Assembly (NCBI RefSeq): GCF_006345805.1
Contig: NW_021833455.1
Coordinates: forward strand, 9,641 to 73,640
Source of the DNA: Octopus sinensis
Taxonomy: Eukaryota
DNA length: 64,000 nucleotides
Direction: 5' to 3'
The position numbers and the translations under genes were made by a program. How positions within the stretch are numbered: position 1 is the stretch's first letter; every line of letters begins with the position of its first letter. Positions 51,588-61,705 of this stretch are shown here, in pieces. The notes beneath the pieces were generated by a model. That model saw nothing but the letters and a program-made list of their open reading frames with translations, ran no database searches and was not told the DNA's origin.

Positions 51588-51820
51588 TTAACCCTTTTGT
51601 TACCAATCCGCCTGAAACAGCCTCTGGTTTTGTAGTACAAATGTCTTGTTTTCAAAATTTCTGAATTAAAATTTTCCACCAAACCTTAGTCACAACTTAT
51701 GTTCCTAACACTAGCTGAATAATAACTAAGTTATTTTACTAAATTCTTTGTTATATTTAAAATTAATTGAAAGAAACTCAGAGCATCTCAGCAGAAGAAA
51801 TATGGTAACAAAAGGGTTAA
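51588..51820. mobile_element. piggyBac-like MITE family 1
   Basis: TTAA|CCCTTTTGTTACC ... GGTAACAAAAGGG|TTAA. Confidence 0.9.
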
Positions 51821-52044
51821 TGGCATTAAAATTCTATGACTTTCTTTTGTAGCTTTTCACAATATTCCAGCATCATTCACCATATTCTGGTGTATCTCAT
51901 CTGTGATCCCAGCAAATGTAGCCATAATATTTCTTTAATGAATTCTGGTATGTCTCTAAGATGAAAACAATACTACACCTTCCAGTTTTATGAACCCTCT
52001 TCGAACGAACCCAAAAGACAAAAAAAATCTGGGAACCTAAGAGG

Positions 52045-52080
<36 letters not shown>

Positions 52081-52284
52081 CAACAGAAGCACAGCTCATA
52101 AATTGCAAACTGTAACTGTCTTGTATGATAGTGCACCATCATGCAAGAAGGTCGATTCTTGTTCAAAACCAAGTCATTTGATTTCTGAAAAAAAACTGGT
52201 CATTAGCATAAAGAGGTATCAATCAAAAGACTCTCTCCATCCAATCAATCCAAAATGTACATTTCACATTCACTGTAATCTGTT

Positions 52285-52680
52285 ACTTGTTTCAGTCATT
52301 GGACAGCGGCCATTTTAGTCAAACGAACAAATCAACTCCAATACTTACTTTTTTTTTTCTTTTTAGAAAGCCTGGAGCTTATTCTATCAGTTTCTCTTGC
52401 AGAACCGCTAAGATACAGGATATAAACACACCAACACGGGTTGTCAAGCAGTGGGGTGGGGTGGGGGAGCACAGACACAAAGATACACACACACTATTGG
52501 ATATATATACATACATACATATGAAGGGCTTCTTTCAGTTTCCATCTACCAAATTCATTCACAAAGCTTTGGTTGGCTTGAGGCTATAGTAAAAGACACT
52601 TGCCCAAGGTGTCAGGCAGTGGGACTGAATCTGGCGCCATGTGGCCGGGAAACAGACTTAATAACACACAGCCAAGCCAG
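52285..52680 (-). mobile_element. SINE family B
   Basis: Tail, microsatellite and head. Confidence 0.85.
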
Positions 52681-52780
52681 CACCTATTTCTATCATTATA
52701 AAATTATGAAATTACAAAGATTAAGCAAATATTACATTTTGGGATACTACAAGGAAGTTTCATATAAATACATTACAGCC

Positions 52781-52972
52781 TACGAAGGGGTGGGGCTGAA
52801 AAGTTCCTGGCTTTGGGTAAAAGAAAAGTAGAGGAGCATCAGTTAATTATGATTTTATTCAATATTTTCCCCTCCCAGATTCACAGACACATTGCAGTGG
52901 TCCTTCAGTTTTTTTTAAGTCCTGTAGAAGAATTTGGAAGGTTGGGCCTCCAGCCAGGCGTTTCGCGATACC
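52781..52972. mobile_element. Mariner end fragment
   Basis: TACGAAGGGG...CTGAAAAGTTCCTGGC TIR-like start followed by an antisense transposase-like C-terminus. Confidence 0.5.
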
Positions 52973-53747
52973 CTTAACCCTTTAGCATTATTCTGTCCAA
53001 ATTAATGCTTATTTATTTTGTAGCTAGCACTTCCAACCAGTTTTTGTGGTTTGCTACCTCAAAAGCTCATTATAGGACTCAGTGGCTAAGGACATCATCA
53101 GGAGGAACCACTTTTGGCTTCGGCCTCTACTGTTTACAACATGGCACCCACCTCCACTTCAGGTGTCTTCAGCTCTGCTGTTTTTTTCCTTCTTTCTTTG
53201 GCCTTTTGTTCTTCGGCTTCTTTGCTGCAGTTTCAATGACAGGTGAATGACCATCCAGCCAAATTTACCAATAAATACTCGCTGGTAGACTCCAGCAGTC
53301 AGCGCCTGAGATTTTGAAGAGGTAACAGCGAATTATCTAGATTGACATTGTAGGATAGATGTGAAAAACCAGATCTTGTCACTCATCACCATCATCATCA
53401 TCATCATTGTTTAACGTCCGTTTTCCATGCTGGCATGGGTTAGACAGTTTTGACTGGGGACAGGCAAGCCAGGAGGCCGTACCAAGCTTCAGTCTGATCT
53501 GGCAATGTTTCTACAGCTGGATGCCCTTCCAAACACCAACCACTCCAAGTGTGTAGTGGGTGCTTTTTATGTGCCACTGGCACAGGAGCCGGGAGGTGGG
53601 GGGCTAGCATCGATTATGTTCGGATGCCGTTCTTTACATGCCATTGGCACAGGAGCCAGTTGGGGCGAGGAGCCTGGCGTCAACTACATTTGGCTGGTGC
53701 TTTTTACATGGTGGCGGCCTGAACATAAAACAGGTCAAACATTTTGA

Positions 53748-53902
53748 CCAGATATCATCATCATCATCATCATCATCATCGTCGTCGTTTAACGTCTGCT
53801 TCCATGCTGGCATGGGTTGGACGGTTTGACTGAGGACTGTCCAACCTATGCCAGCATAGAAAGCGGATGTTAAACGACGACGATGATGATGATGATATCT
53901 GG
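53748..53902. repeat. Palindrome made of two outward-pointing RTE 3' tails
   Basis: CCAGATA(TCA)n...CCATGCTGGCATGGGTTGGAC, a 16-nt spacer, then GTCCAACCTATGCCAGCATAG...(GAT)nATCTGG. Confidence 0.9.
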
Positions 53903-54064
53903 CCGGTTTAAATGCTAAAGAACAGAAGCCAAAAACTTTTCAGCACCCCTTTGCACATGACCAAGTAAAATTCAGCAGAGGATTATAAAGGTTAGCAGCT
54001 TGAGTAACAAAATTCAATACTTTTGCATTGAAAAACTGGAAATATTTTGATATTCAATACTTAC

Positions 54065-54125
54065 CTCTTTTCAATGGCCTTGGTTTTTGTAACTTTGAAG
54101 TACGCGGAGCACGACCTTTGCATAT
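54065..54125 (-). CDS. Host gene exon: ICKGRAPRTSKLQKPRPLKR
   Basis: Acceptor gatttttgtttag|ATA, canonical donor GAG|gtaagt. 61 nt, phase 0 to 1. Confidence 0.75.
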
Positions 54126-54499
54126 CTAAACAAAAATCAATTTCATTCGTAAGTAAATGAATAAAAATGAACTTTAAAAGATATGCATGTGTATATTAAA
54201 ATAATATAATCAATAAAAAAAAAGAAAATATTGGTAAATTGCATAATTTAAATGAGAAATCAAAATGTGAAAAAAATTAACACAAAAGGCAAGTCTGGGC
54301 TGTATTCCAATAAAATGCAGCATTTAAATTACTTTTGGGCTGTTTCATAATATTCTCTTCGATTTTAGCTTCTTTCACTGACTTGTTCAAAGTCCTTGCT
54401 CAATTTACAAATATGAGTTGTAAATGAGTTTCACTGTCCTACAAGCAGTGTCATTCATTTCCAAGAGTAGACACTAAAACACTGATGATGATTTAATTA

Positions 54500-55042
54500 T
54501 ACGAGGGTGAGTCAAAAAGTAATGCCATTTTGTTTAGGACAGGTATAATTACCAACACAGGAACATGTATCATACATCAAAATGAAGCTGGTCCTCTGTG
54601 CATCACATCCTTACTTCTTAACATAGTCACCGTTTCTCTCAATAGCAATGTTCCACCTTCAAATGAGAGCATGTATCCCTGCCCCGTAAAATTCTGTTGA
54701 CTGTTCTTCTTCTCTACAGTTTTCACTTCCTCGTCTCTGGACTATCATCTCTTCAGCCCCATGAAAGAGGGTTTGAGAGGCAAGCATTATTCCAGTGACA
54801 AGGGAGTGAAAACTGTAGTGAAGAAGTGGCTCAAAGAACAGTCAACAGAATTTTACAGGGCAGGGATACATGCTCTCATTCGAAGGTGAAACATTGCTAT
54901 TGAGAGAAACAGTGACTATGTTGAGAAGTAAGGATGTGATTCACAGAGGACCAGCTTCATTTTGATGTATAATACATGTTCCTGTGTCGGTAATTATACC
55001 TGTCCTAAACAAAATGCCATTACTTTTTGACTCACCCTCGTA
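54500..55042. mobile_element. Palindromic mariner derivative built from two right ends
   Basis: TIR TACGAGGGTGAGTCAAAAAGTAATG at both ends. The plus strand encodes DYHLFSPMKEGLRGKHYSSDKGVKTVVKKWLKEQSTEFYRAGIHALIRR (mariner C-terminus), mirrored on the left. Confidence 0.9.
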
Positions 55043-55503
55043 TAATTAAATCATCATCAGCGTTTTAATGTCTACTCTTGGAAATGAATGACACTGCTTG
55101 TAGGACAGTGAAACTCATTTACAACTCTCACATGAGACAAGGAGACACAAACACACACACAATGGGTTTCTTTCAGTTTCCATCAACCAAGTGCACTCAA
55201 AAGGTTTGGTCAGCCCAGGGCTACAGTAAAAGACATTTGCTCAAGGTGCCATACAATGGGACTGAACCTGAAAAAATGCAATTGGAAAGTGATCCACTCA
55301 ACCACCCAGCCACACCTGTGCCTCCAATATAAAACTAATCAATTCAGTGTAGAAGCAAACACCATAAATTCCAGTAAATTCCAGGACATTTTTTTCCAAT
55401 TTTGAGTAAAAATTACATAAGTATAATAATTCTGGAAGATTGTTCTTTTGGAGTTAAAATTAGAAAAATTAGTCCTCCATGATTACAAAGTAATATATTT
55501 GAG

Positions 55504-55800
55504 AGATGAGGAATTATTTACATTTGATGGATATTTGTCCTCTTCTTGTTTGTTGTTAACACAACGTTTCAGCTGATATACCCTCCACCCTTCATCAGGT
55601 GTCTTGGGGAAATTTCAAACCTGGGTTCCCATTCCTAAGGTATTTTTCGATATTATTATTATTATTATTATTATTCAGGTCACTGCCTGGAATCGAACTC
55701 AGAATCTTGGGGGTTAGTAGCCCGTGCTCTTAGCCACTATGCCATATGTTAACAACAAACAAAATGTGGACAAATATTCATCAAATGTAAATAATGTAAA
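55504..55800 (-). mobile_element. tRNA-head / hammerhead-tail element, locus 3
   Basis: Minus unit 55504-55746 and inverted plus-strand tail 55747-55800. Confidence 0.9.
55558..55603 (-). ncRNA. Minimal type I hammerhead ribozyme motif with intact catalytic core
   Basis: GACAC-CTGATGA-A-GGGTG-gagggtatat-CAGCT-GAAAC-GTT^GTGTT. Stem I is GACAC/GTGTT, stem II has one mismatch here (GGCTG/CAGCC at locus 1), and stem III is the palindrome AACGTT. Confidence 0.75.
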
Positions 55801-55957
55801 TAATATAAAGTAAACTGATGTCGGAAAAAGTCAAAATACTCTTGACTAGTTTAATTTTAAAATTTTAAAATTCAGATTCCTAATTAAATCTTCGTTACGG
55901 ATAAAACTTGGCAGTATTAAAGATTTGAATCAAGCAGTGGATACAGTTTCATTTATT

Positions 55958-56520
55958 CCTTCATTGGTTTCGGTCATTTGGCTGTGGCCATGCTGGAGCA
56001 CTGCCTCTAGTTGAATGAATCAATCTCAGAACTTATTCTTTGTAAGCCTCGTACTTAATCTATCGTTCTCTTTTGCCAAACTGCTAAGTTATGGGGACGT
56101 AAACACACCAACATCAGTTGTCAAGCGATGGTGGGGAAGACAAACACAGACACACACACACACATAGTAAATCCAAAAAAAGAACAAACACAAAAAAAAA
56201 CACAACGCAAGGATGAAGTACATGTAAAGCATTAGCAGATGCTCAGAGAGGGAAAGAAAGAGGGTTTTAATGTTTTGAGCAAGTGCTCTTCTTCAGAAAC
56301 AGAGGAAAGTCCAATAGAAGGGAAGGGGGAAGAAAATTGCCAACAATTCACATGTGGTTACATTTTGAAAGCTTCTTTCAGTTTCCATCTACCAAATCCA
56401 CTCACAAGGCTTTGGTTGGCCCAAGGTTATAGTTGAAATCACTTGTCCAAGGTGCAACGCAGTGGGACTGAACCCAGAACCATGTGGTTGGGAAGCAAGC
56501 TTCTTACCACACAACTATGC
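55958..56520 (-). mobile_element. SINE family B split by a PLE-like fragment (56166-56371)
   Basis: Tail half, an insert with a degenerate hammerhead at 56264-56300, then head half. Confidence 0.7.
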
Positions 56521-56807
56521 CTGTTCATAATACTGGTTTCAATTTTTGGCACAATGCCAGCAAGATAGAGGGGTGGTGTAAAGTTGATGACATCAGCCTC
56601 AGTATTCAACTGGTATTTCTTTTATTGACCCCAAAAAGATGAAAGGCAAAGTCAATCTTGGCAGGATTTAGGACAGGAATTATGCAATGTGCTTCATTAG
56701 CTTACAGCTGTTTCTGCTATAAGGTGCACTTGGAGCTGAGTGCATGTGCATCACCTTACAGTGTCCTCAAGTGCATGTTTATTTGAGAAAACATTAAATA
56801 CGTATAC

Positions 56808-56840
<33 letters not shown>

Positions 56841-57769
56841 ATATATATATTAATGACCGTCCTGCACACACTGTAAGGTGGTTGCCATTTGGAAGGGCAT
56901 CCTGCTGTAAAAACCTTGCCAAAACTGACCTCTCTGGTGCTTGTGCCATGTAAAAAGCACAAAGTCCACTCTGCTGGGTGATTGGTGTTAGGAAGGGCAT
57001 CCAGCTGTAAAAATCCTGCCAAAACAGTCACATAAGTCTGGTGCAGGCTGGCCTGCTCTTGTCAAGCTGTCCACCCATACTGGCATGGATGGAAGGGGAT
57101 GGTAAACAATGATGATGCCCCCAATGCCCAATCAGTTTCTTAATATAGCCTGTACTTTAAATGCACATTGCATATCCACCTGATCACAGTCCCACTTCAT
57201 ATTTGGCTTCCCAAACTCTATATTTTAGGCTAAACTGAATTTATATAAATGACAGAATTCAATTTTTGTGAACACATTTTTGCTGCCAATAAATTCATTA
57301 TCTCAATATCAATCTATCAGATGTTATTTCCTCTCCTCTCTTCTTGTCCCTTGACGTGATGTCATTTCCTCTCTTCCCTTCTGGTCCCTTTATTGAATTG
57401 AGCATCTTCCAATCAACTGTCCTGCTAACGATATCAGTTAAATGAAAGCATTTACTACACATGTAGTGTTTTATCACAACCCGCTTGATACCATTTTTGT
57501 TAAATAAATCTACATATCTAGTGTTATGGCTCTATTATTACCTAATTGGCAACTAACCAATAATTACCAAATCAATGTCTAATCTTGAATGAGAAGGCAA
57601 TCATTTGGGAATATTCTGGTTAAAAAGCAAAACAAAACTATAACATTTTTTTTAGATAATTCCCTAATTCAGTAAACAACTGCGTAAGCTGTAATTTTTT
57701 TTTTTAAATCAATGATTATTTCAAAAGTAAATTAATGTAGTGTGGAGGAAGGATGAGTGACTGGAAGAA

Positions 57770-58290
57770 AGAAGGGAGAGGAAATAACATCACATCAAGG
57801 AAAAAGAAGGGAGGAAAGGAAATGACATCATGTTAAGGGACCGGAAGAGAGAAGAGGTGGTGTCAAGTCAAGGGACCAGTAAGGAGAGGAAATGACATTA
57901 CGTCAAGGGACCAAAAGGGAGGAGGCAAAATGACATCATGTCAAAGGAGGAAATGACATGACGTCAAGGAACAGGAAGGGAGGAGAAGAAATGACATCAT
58001 GTCAAGAGACTGGAAGAGAGAAGAAATTACATCAAGTCAAGGAACCGCAAGGGAGAAGTGACGTCAAGTCAAGGGACCAGAAGGGAAGAGAGGAAATGAC
58101 ATCACATCAAGGGACAAGAAGAGAAAGGAAGTGATGTCAAGTCAAGGGACCAGAAGAGAGAGAAAGTGACATCATGTCAAGGGACCAGAAGGAAGGACAG
58201 GAAATGACATCACATCAAGGGACAAGAAGAGAAAGGAAGTGATGTCAAGTCAAGGGATTAGAAGGGAGAGGAAATGACATCATGTCAAGA
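57770..58290 (+). repeat. Minisatellite of about 15 units of about 30-38 bp (GGAAATGACATCATGTCAAGGGACCAGAAG...), with an inverted two-unit copy at 57320-57390
   Basis: Units counted by eye. A perfect TGACGTCA occurs in two units. Confidence 0.92.
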
Positions 58291-58437
58291 AGTGACAGGG
58301 TAAATAGCCCCTTTCTTAAGGATGTGTTGCAAGTGACTGACATGTGTTTGGAGTGATGATAGGGTTAGGGTTAGTCCCTTCTGGTCACAGGTTGGGGACA
58401 GCTTATGCATGGATACAACTGTGGGATCTTGCCTTAC

Positions 58438-58468
58438 AACAACATGTAGGTTGAAATGCTTTCCACGT
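58438..58468 (-). CDS. Host gene exon: (R)RGKHFNLHVV
   Basis: Long pyrimidine tract ...ttttgttcctattcatcag|A, donor GTT|gtaagg. 31 nt, phase 2 to 0. Confidence 0.6.
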
Positions 58469-59074
58469 CTGATGAATAGGAACAAAATGAATGAAAATTC
58501 AAACAAACAAACAACAGTAAGGTTTCCATAAAAACAAAAATCATTGTTTAAATAATTACAATTATCAAATTTTGTTCTTAAATCATATTGTTATTTGAAT
58601 TAATAACATTTTATACGTAATACCAAAGCCTGTCTGAAAATGAAGCTCAACTTTTAAAAAACAGCAAGCCAACCAGCCAACACTGTGCTCACAACTGCAC
58701 TGCTATATCTGGGTGACTGTGACTTTCAGTTGAAAAATAGCCACAGTTGTTCCGTCGTCATCATCACCATTTAATGTCCATTTTCCAATCTGGCATATAT
58801 TGTAGATTTTAACAAGAGCCAAGGAGCCAGAGAACTGCATCAAGCTGCAGCATCTACTCTGGCATGGTTTCCACAGCTGGATGGCCTTTCTGACACCAAC
58901 CACTTCACACCAAGGGATTCATATGACAAGATCCCTTCAACTGAAGGGGTTGTAGTATTGAGGGCGGTGGCTTTTATGTCAGGTGATGAAAGGTTCAAGT
59001 ATGACAGAGGGATAGGAACAGGTGTCTTGTACTAGAGGAGATACAAAGCCACCCCAGATTGAATGCATTCTTTT

Positions 59075-59266
59075 ATTTATTTCAGTCATTTGACTGAGGC
59101 CATGCTGGAGCACTGCCTTTAGTCGAGCAAATCGATTCCAGGACTTATTCTATTGGTCCCTCTTGCTGAACTGCAAAGTGACGAGGACGTAAACACACCA
59201 GCATTGGTTGTCAAGTGATGTTGTGGGGACAAACACAGACACACACACACATATACATACATACAT

Positions 59267-59306
<40 letters not shown>

Positions 59307-59430
59307 GACAGGCTTCTTTCAGTTTCCATCAACCAAATCCACTCACAAGAAGACACTTACCCAAGGTGCCATGCAGTCGGACTGAACCTGGAACCATGTG
59401 GTTGGTAAGCAAGTTACTTACCACACAGTC
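59075..59430 (-). mobile_element. SINE family B
   Basis: Tail, microsatellite and head. Confidence 0.85.
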
Positions 59431-60099
59431 ACTCCAGCGCCTATTCAGAGAACTTAATTTGTTGCAAGATGAAACAAAGATTTGAATAGGTTTGTATGAA
59501 ATTCTGTTTGAGAAACTTTTGTAAAACCTTTTCTAATAATGCAACAAGCCTATAGGTAGGATTGTCTGGGTTGTATGCAATGTCCTGAGTGGCGCCAACG
59601 TTTTGAAGGAAGAACATCCACTGAAAAAGGATCTCGACAATTTTCCACAACAACAACAGATAATTACACTGCAAAAGTGTGTGTTGTCATTATTGTCGTC
59701 ATCGTCATGTCCATGCTTGCACAGATCAGACAAGAGTACACATTATGGCAGAGTTTTCTATGGTTTGATAGCCTTCATGATGCTGGCCTCCACCTGCTTC
59801 CAGGTGATGTAATAATCTCTCTGTCTGTTCAACAAATAACGGTTTGAATGTGTTTACGCAAAGAACTGGAAACAAATGACACAGCATGAGCGAGCCTTTC
59901 TTTTATGAAGATTATGCAAGACATGTCAAGACAAGTCAAGAAACCTGGACATGCGTTTGCAGTGCACAGCAAACAAACAACACTGACAATATAAGTAATT
60001 GTTTACGACCAGCAGAAGTGAATGAATGGGAGGACGAGGGGAACACAAACTCCTTTACACAAACACACAGATAGCAGACAGGTTATCTGAAGAAGTTAG

Positions 60100-60365
60100 T
60101 GTCATCATCATCATTTAACGTCTGTTTTCCTAGTTGGCATGGGTTGGACGGTTTGATTGGGGACTGGCCAGCCAGTAGGCTGTGCCAAGCTCCAATCTGG
60201 CCTGGCAAAGTTTCTACAGCTGGATGCCCTTCCTAATGCCAACCATTCCGAGAGTGTAATGGGTGCTTTTTATGTGCCACTAGCATGAGTGCCAGTCAGG
60301 CGACACTGGCATCGACCCATGCTTGAATGGTGCTTATTACGTGCCACCAGCATGGGTGCCAGTCT
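60100..60365 (-). mobile_element. RTE 3'-tail fragment
   Basis: (CAT)n tail plus hairpin modules. Confidence 0.85.
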
Positions 60366-61377
60366 GTATTATGGTTCTTAAAAATGAGAATTGAAGGTAC
60401 ATCATGCTGGTGCAAAATGTGGTGTGTCTGCAGAATACTGACAGCATTATCATTTAGTGTGTTTTCCATGCTGGCATGGGTTGGATGGCTTGACAGAAGC
60501 TGTCAACCTAGAGCAGCACCAGACTCCATTTGTCCATTTTGATGTAGTTTCTATGGCTGGATACCCTTCCTAACACCTTACAATGTGTACTGGATGCGTT
60601 TTACGTGGCACCATCACAGGAGCTTTTTATGTGGCACAAGCACAGATGTGCAGAAAGAAAACCAAATCACAGTCAGTCAGAAGCAATTTTGTCATTCAAA
60701 TAATAATGGAATCTTTCTGTAAGAGTCACAGAATCATAAATGTAAAGTTATTGTGTTGAAAACGAAAAGGTTAATCTTTGCAGGGAGTTGAATAATTGTT
60801 GGCATGACCAAAAAAAAAAAAAATTTTAGTCATTTAAAAGTGAATGAAGGTGAAGTTAATGTCCTTTCTGAGTTTGAAGGGCATTGTTCAAGATAAGTTT
60901 GTTTCATGTGCTTGGACACTGCTGATGTCCTGAGGTGCTTGAAAGAGATAATATGAAGGACAAGGCCTGAGGCAAAGACAAAATAAACCTTGATGTACTA
61001 CAACAATACACACTTTCCACAACCTGTTTTGGTAAAGACACAAAATGATTTGTTCCAAAGATGCCAAATTCTCCAAATTTTCCCCTACAGATCTTTTCTT
61101 CTCCACTCCCTTTCCCTCTTCTAAGTTGTTGAAATCCACCTTGTTTTCACAGAAGGTCAATGATTTCAGACAATAAAAAGGGGATTGGAAAAAATTCCCT
61201 ATGAGAACTGTGCATTACCTCCTGGAAACCCGTCAAAAACTGGGGTTGAATGTTGGGAGCAGTGTACTGAGATCAGAGGAAACCATTTTGAGGGAGAATT
61301 AAATTCTAAGTAAACCAACAAATCAGTGAGAAAATGTTTGGTCATTCAAACTTTCTGAAATTTGTCACAGACTAAGG

Positions 61378-61705
61378 AATAAAACAGTGTAAAGGTGTTT
61401 GTTTGTTTGTTCCTTCTTGAGCCATGTCTGGCTCATAAGGGCCGGTTTCCCGATTTCCTTGGCGTATAGGTTCCCCACTTGGACAGGAAGCTGGTACATC
61501 GCAGGTGAGCTGCAAGATGCAGGAGGAAAGGGTGAGAGAAAGTTGTGGTGAAAGAATCAGCAGAAGTTCACCATTACCTTCTGCTGGAGCCACGTGGAGC
61601 TTAGGTGTTTCGCTCATAAACACACAAATTGCCCGGTCTGAGATTCGAACCCGCGATCCCTCAACAGCGAGTCCAGTGCTCTAACCACTAGGCCATATGC
61701 CTCCA
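61378..61705 (-). mobile_element. SINE family C variant (same head, different tail)
   Basis: Head and middle match 50612-50921. The 3' portion differs. Confidence 0.75.

Noticed and set aside
51850-52030. Tc1-like transposase C-terminal remnant (IMATFAGITDEIHQNMV)
   Set aside because: Short, frameshifted and without TIRs, so the resemblance is too weak to call.
55676-55748. tRNA-like sequences (also about 12088-12160, 23190-23262, 38450-38520 and 39754-39825) as real tRNA genes
   Set aside because: The acceptor stems are imperfect and each is embedded in a repeated SINE-like unit.
57770-58290. Repeat array that could be mistaken for CRISPR
   Set aside because: The units are degenerate, the spacers are themselves purine-rich repeats, there are no cas genes, and the context is eukaryotic.
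48452-58468. Second open frame across three exons (TWKAFQPTCCYMQRSC...WWILPPKPYW)
   Set aside because: Only about 55 codons, and it stops at or just after every downstream junction, so it is plausible by chance.
59441-59674. Protein-like ORF with a good acceptor (WMFFLQNVGATQDIAYNPDNPTYRLVALLEK)
   Set aside because: No convincing donor in the phase needed to join exon 58468. Left unresolved.
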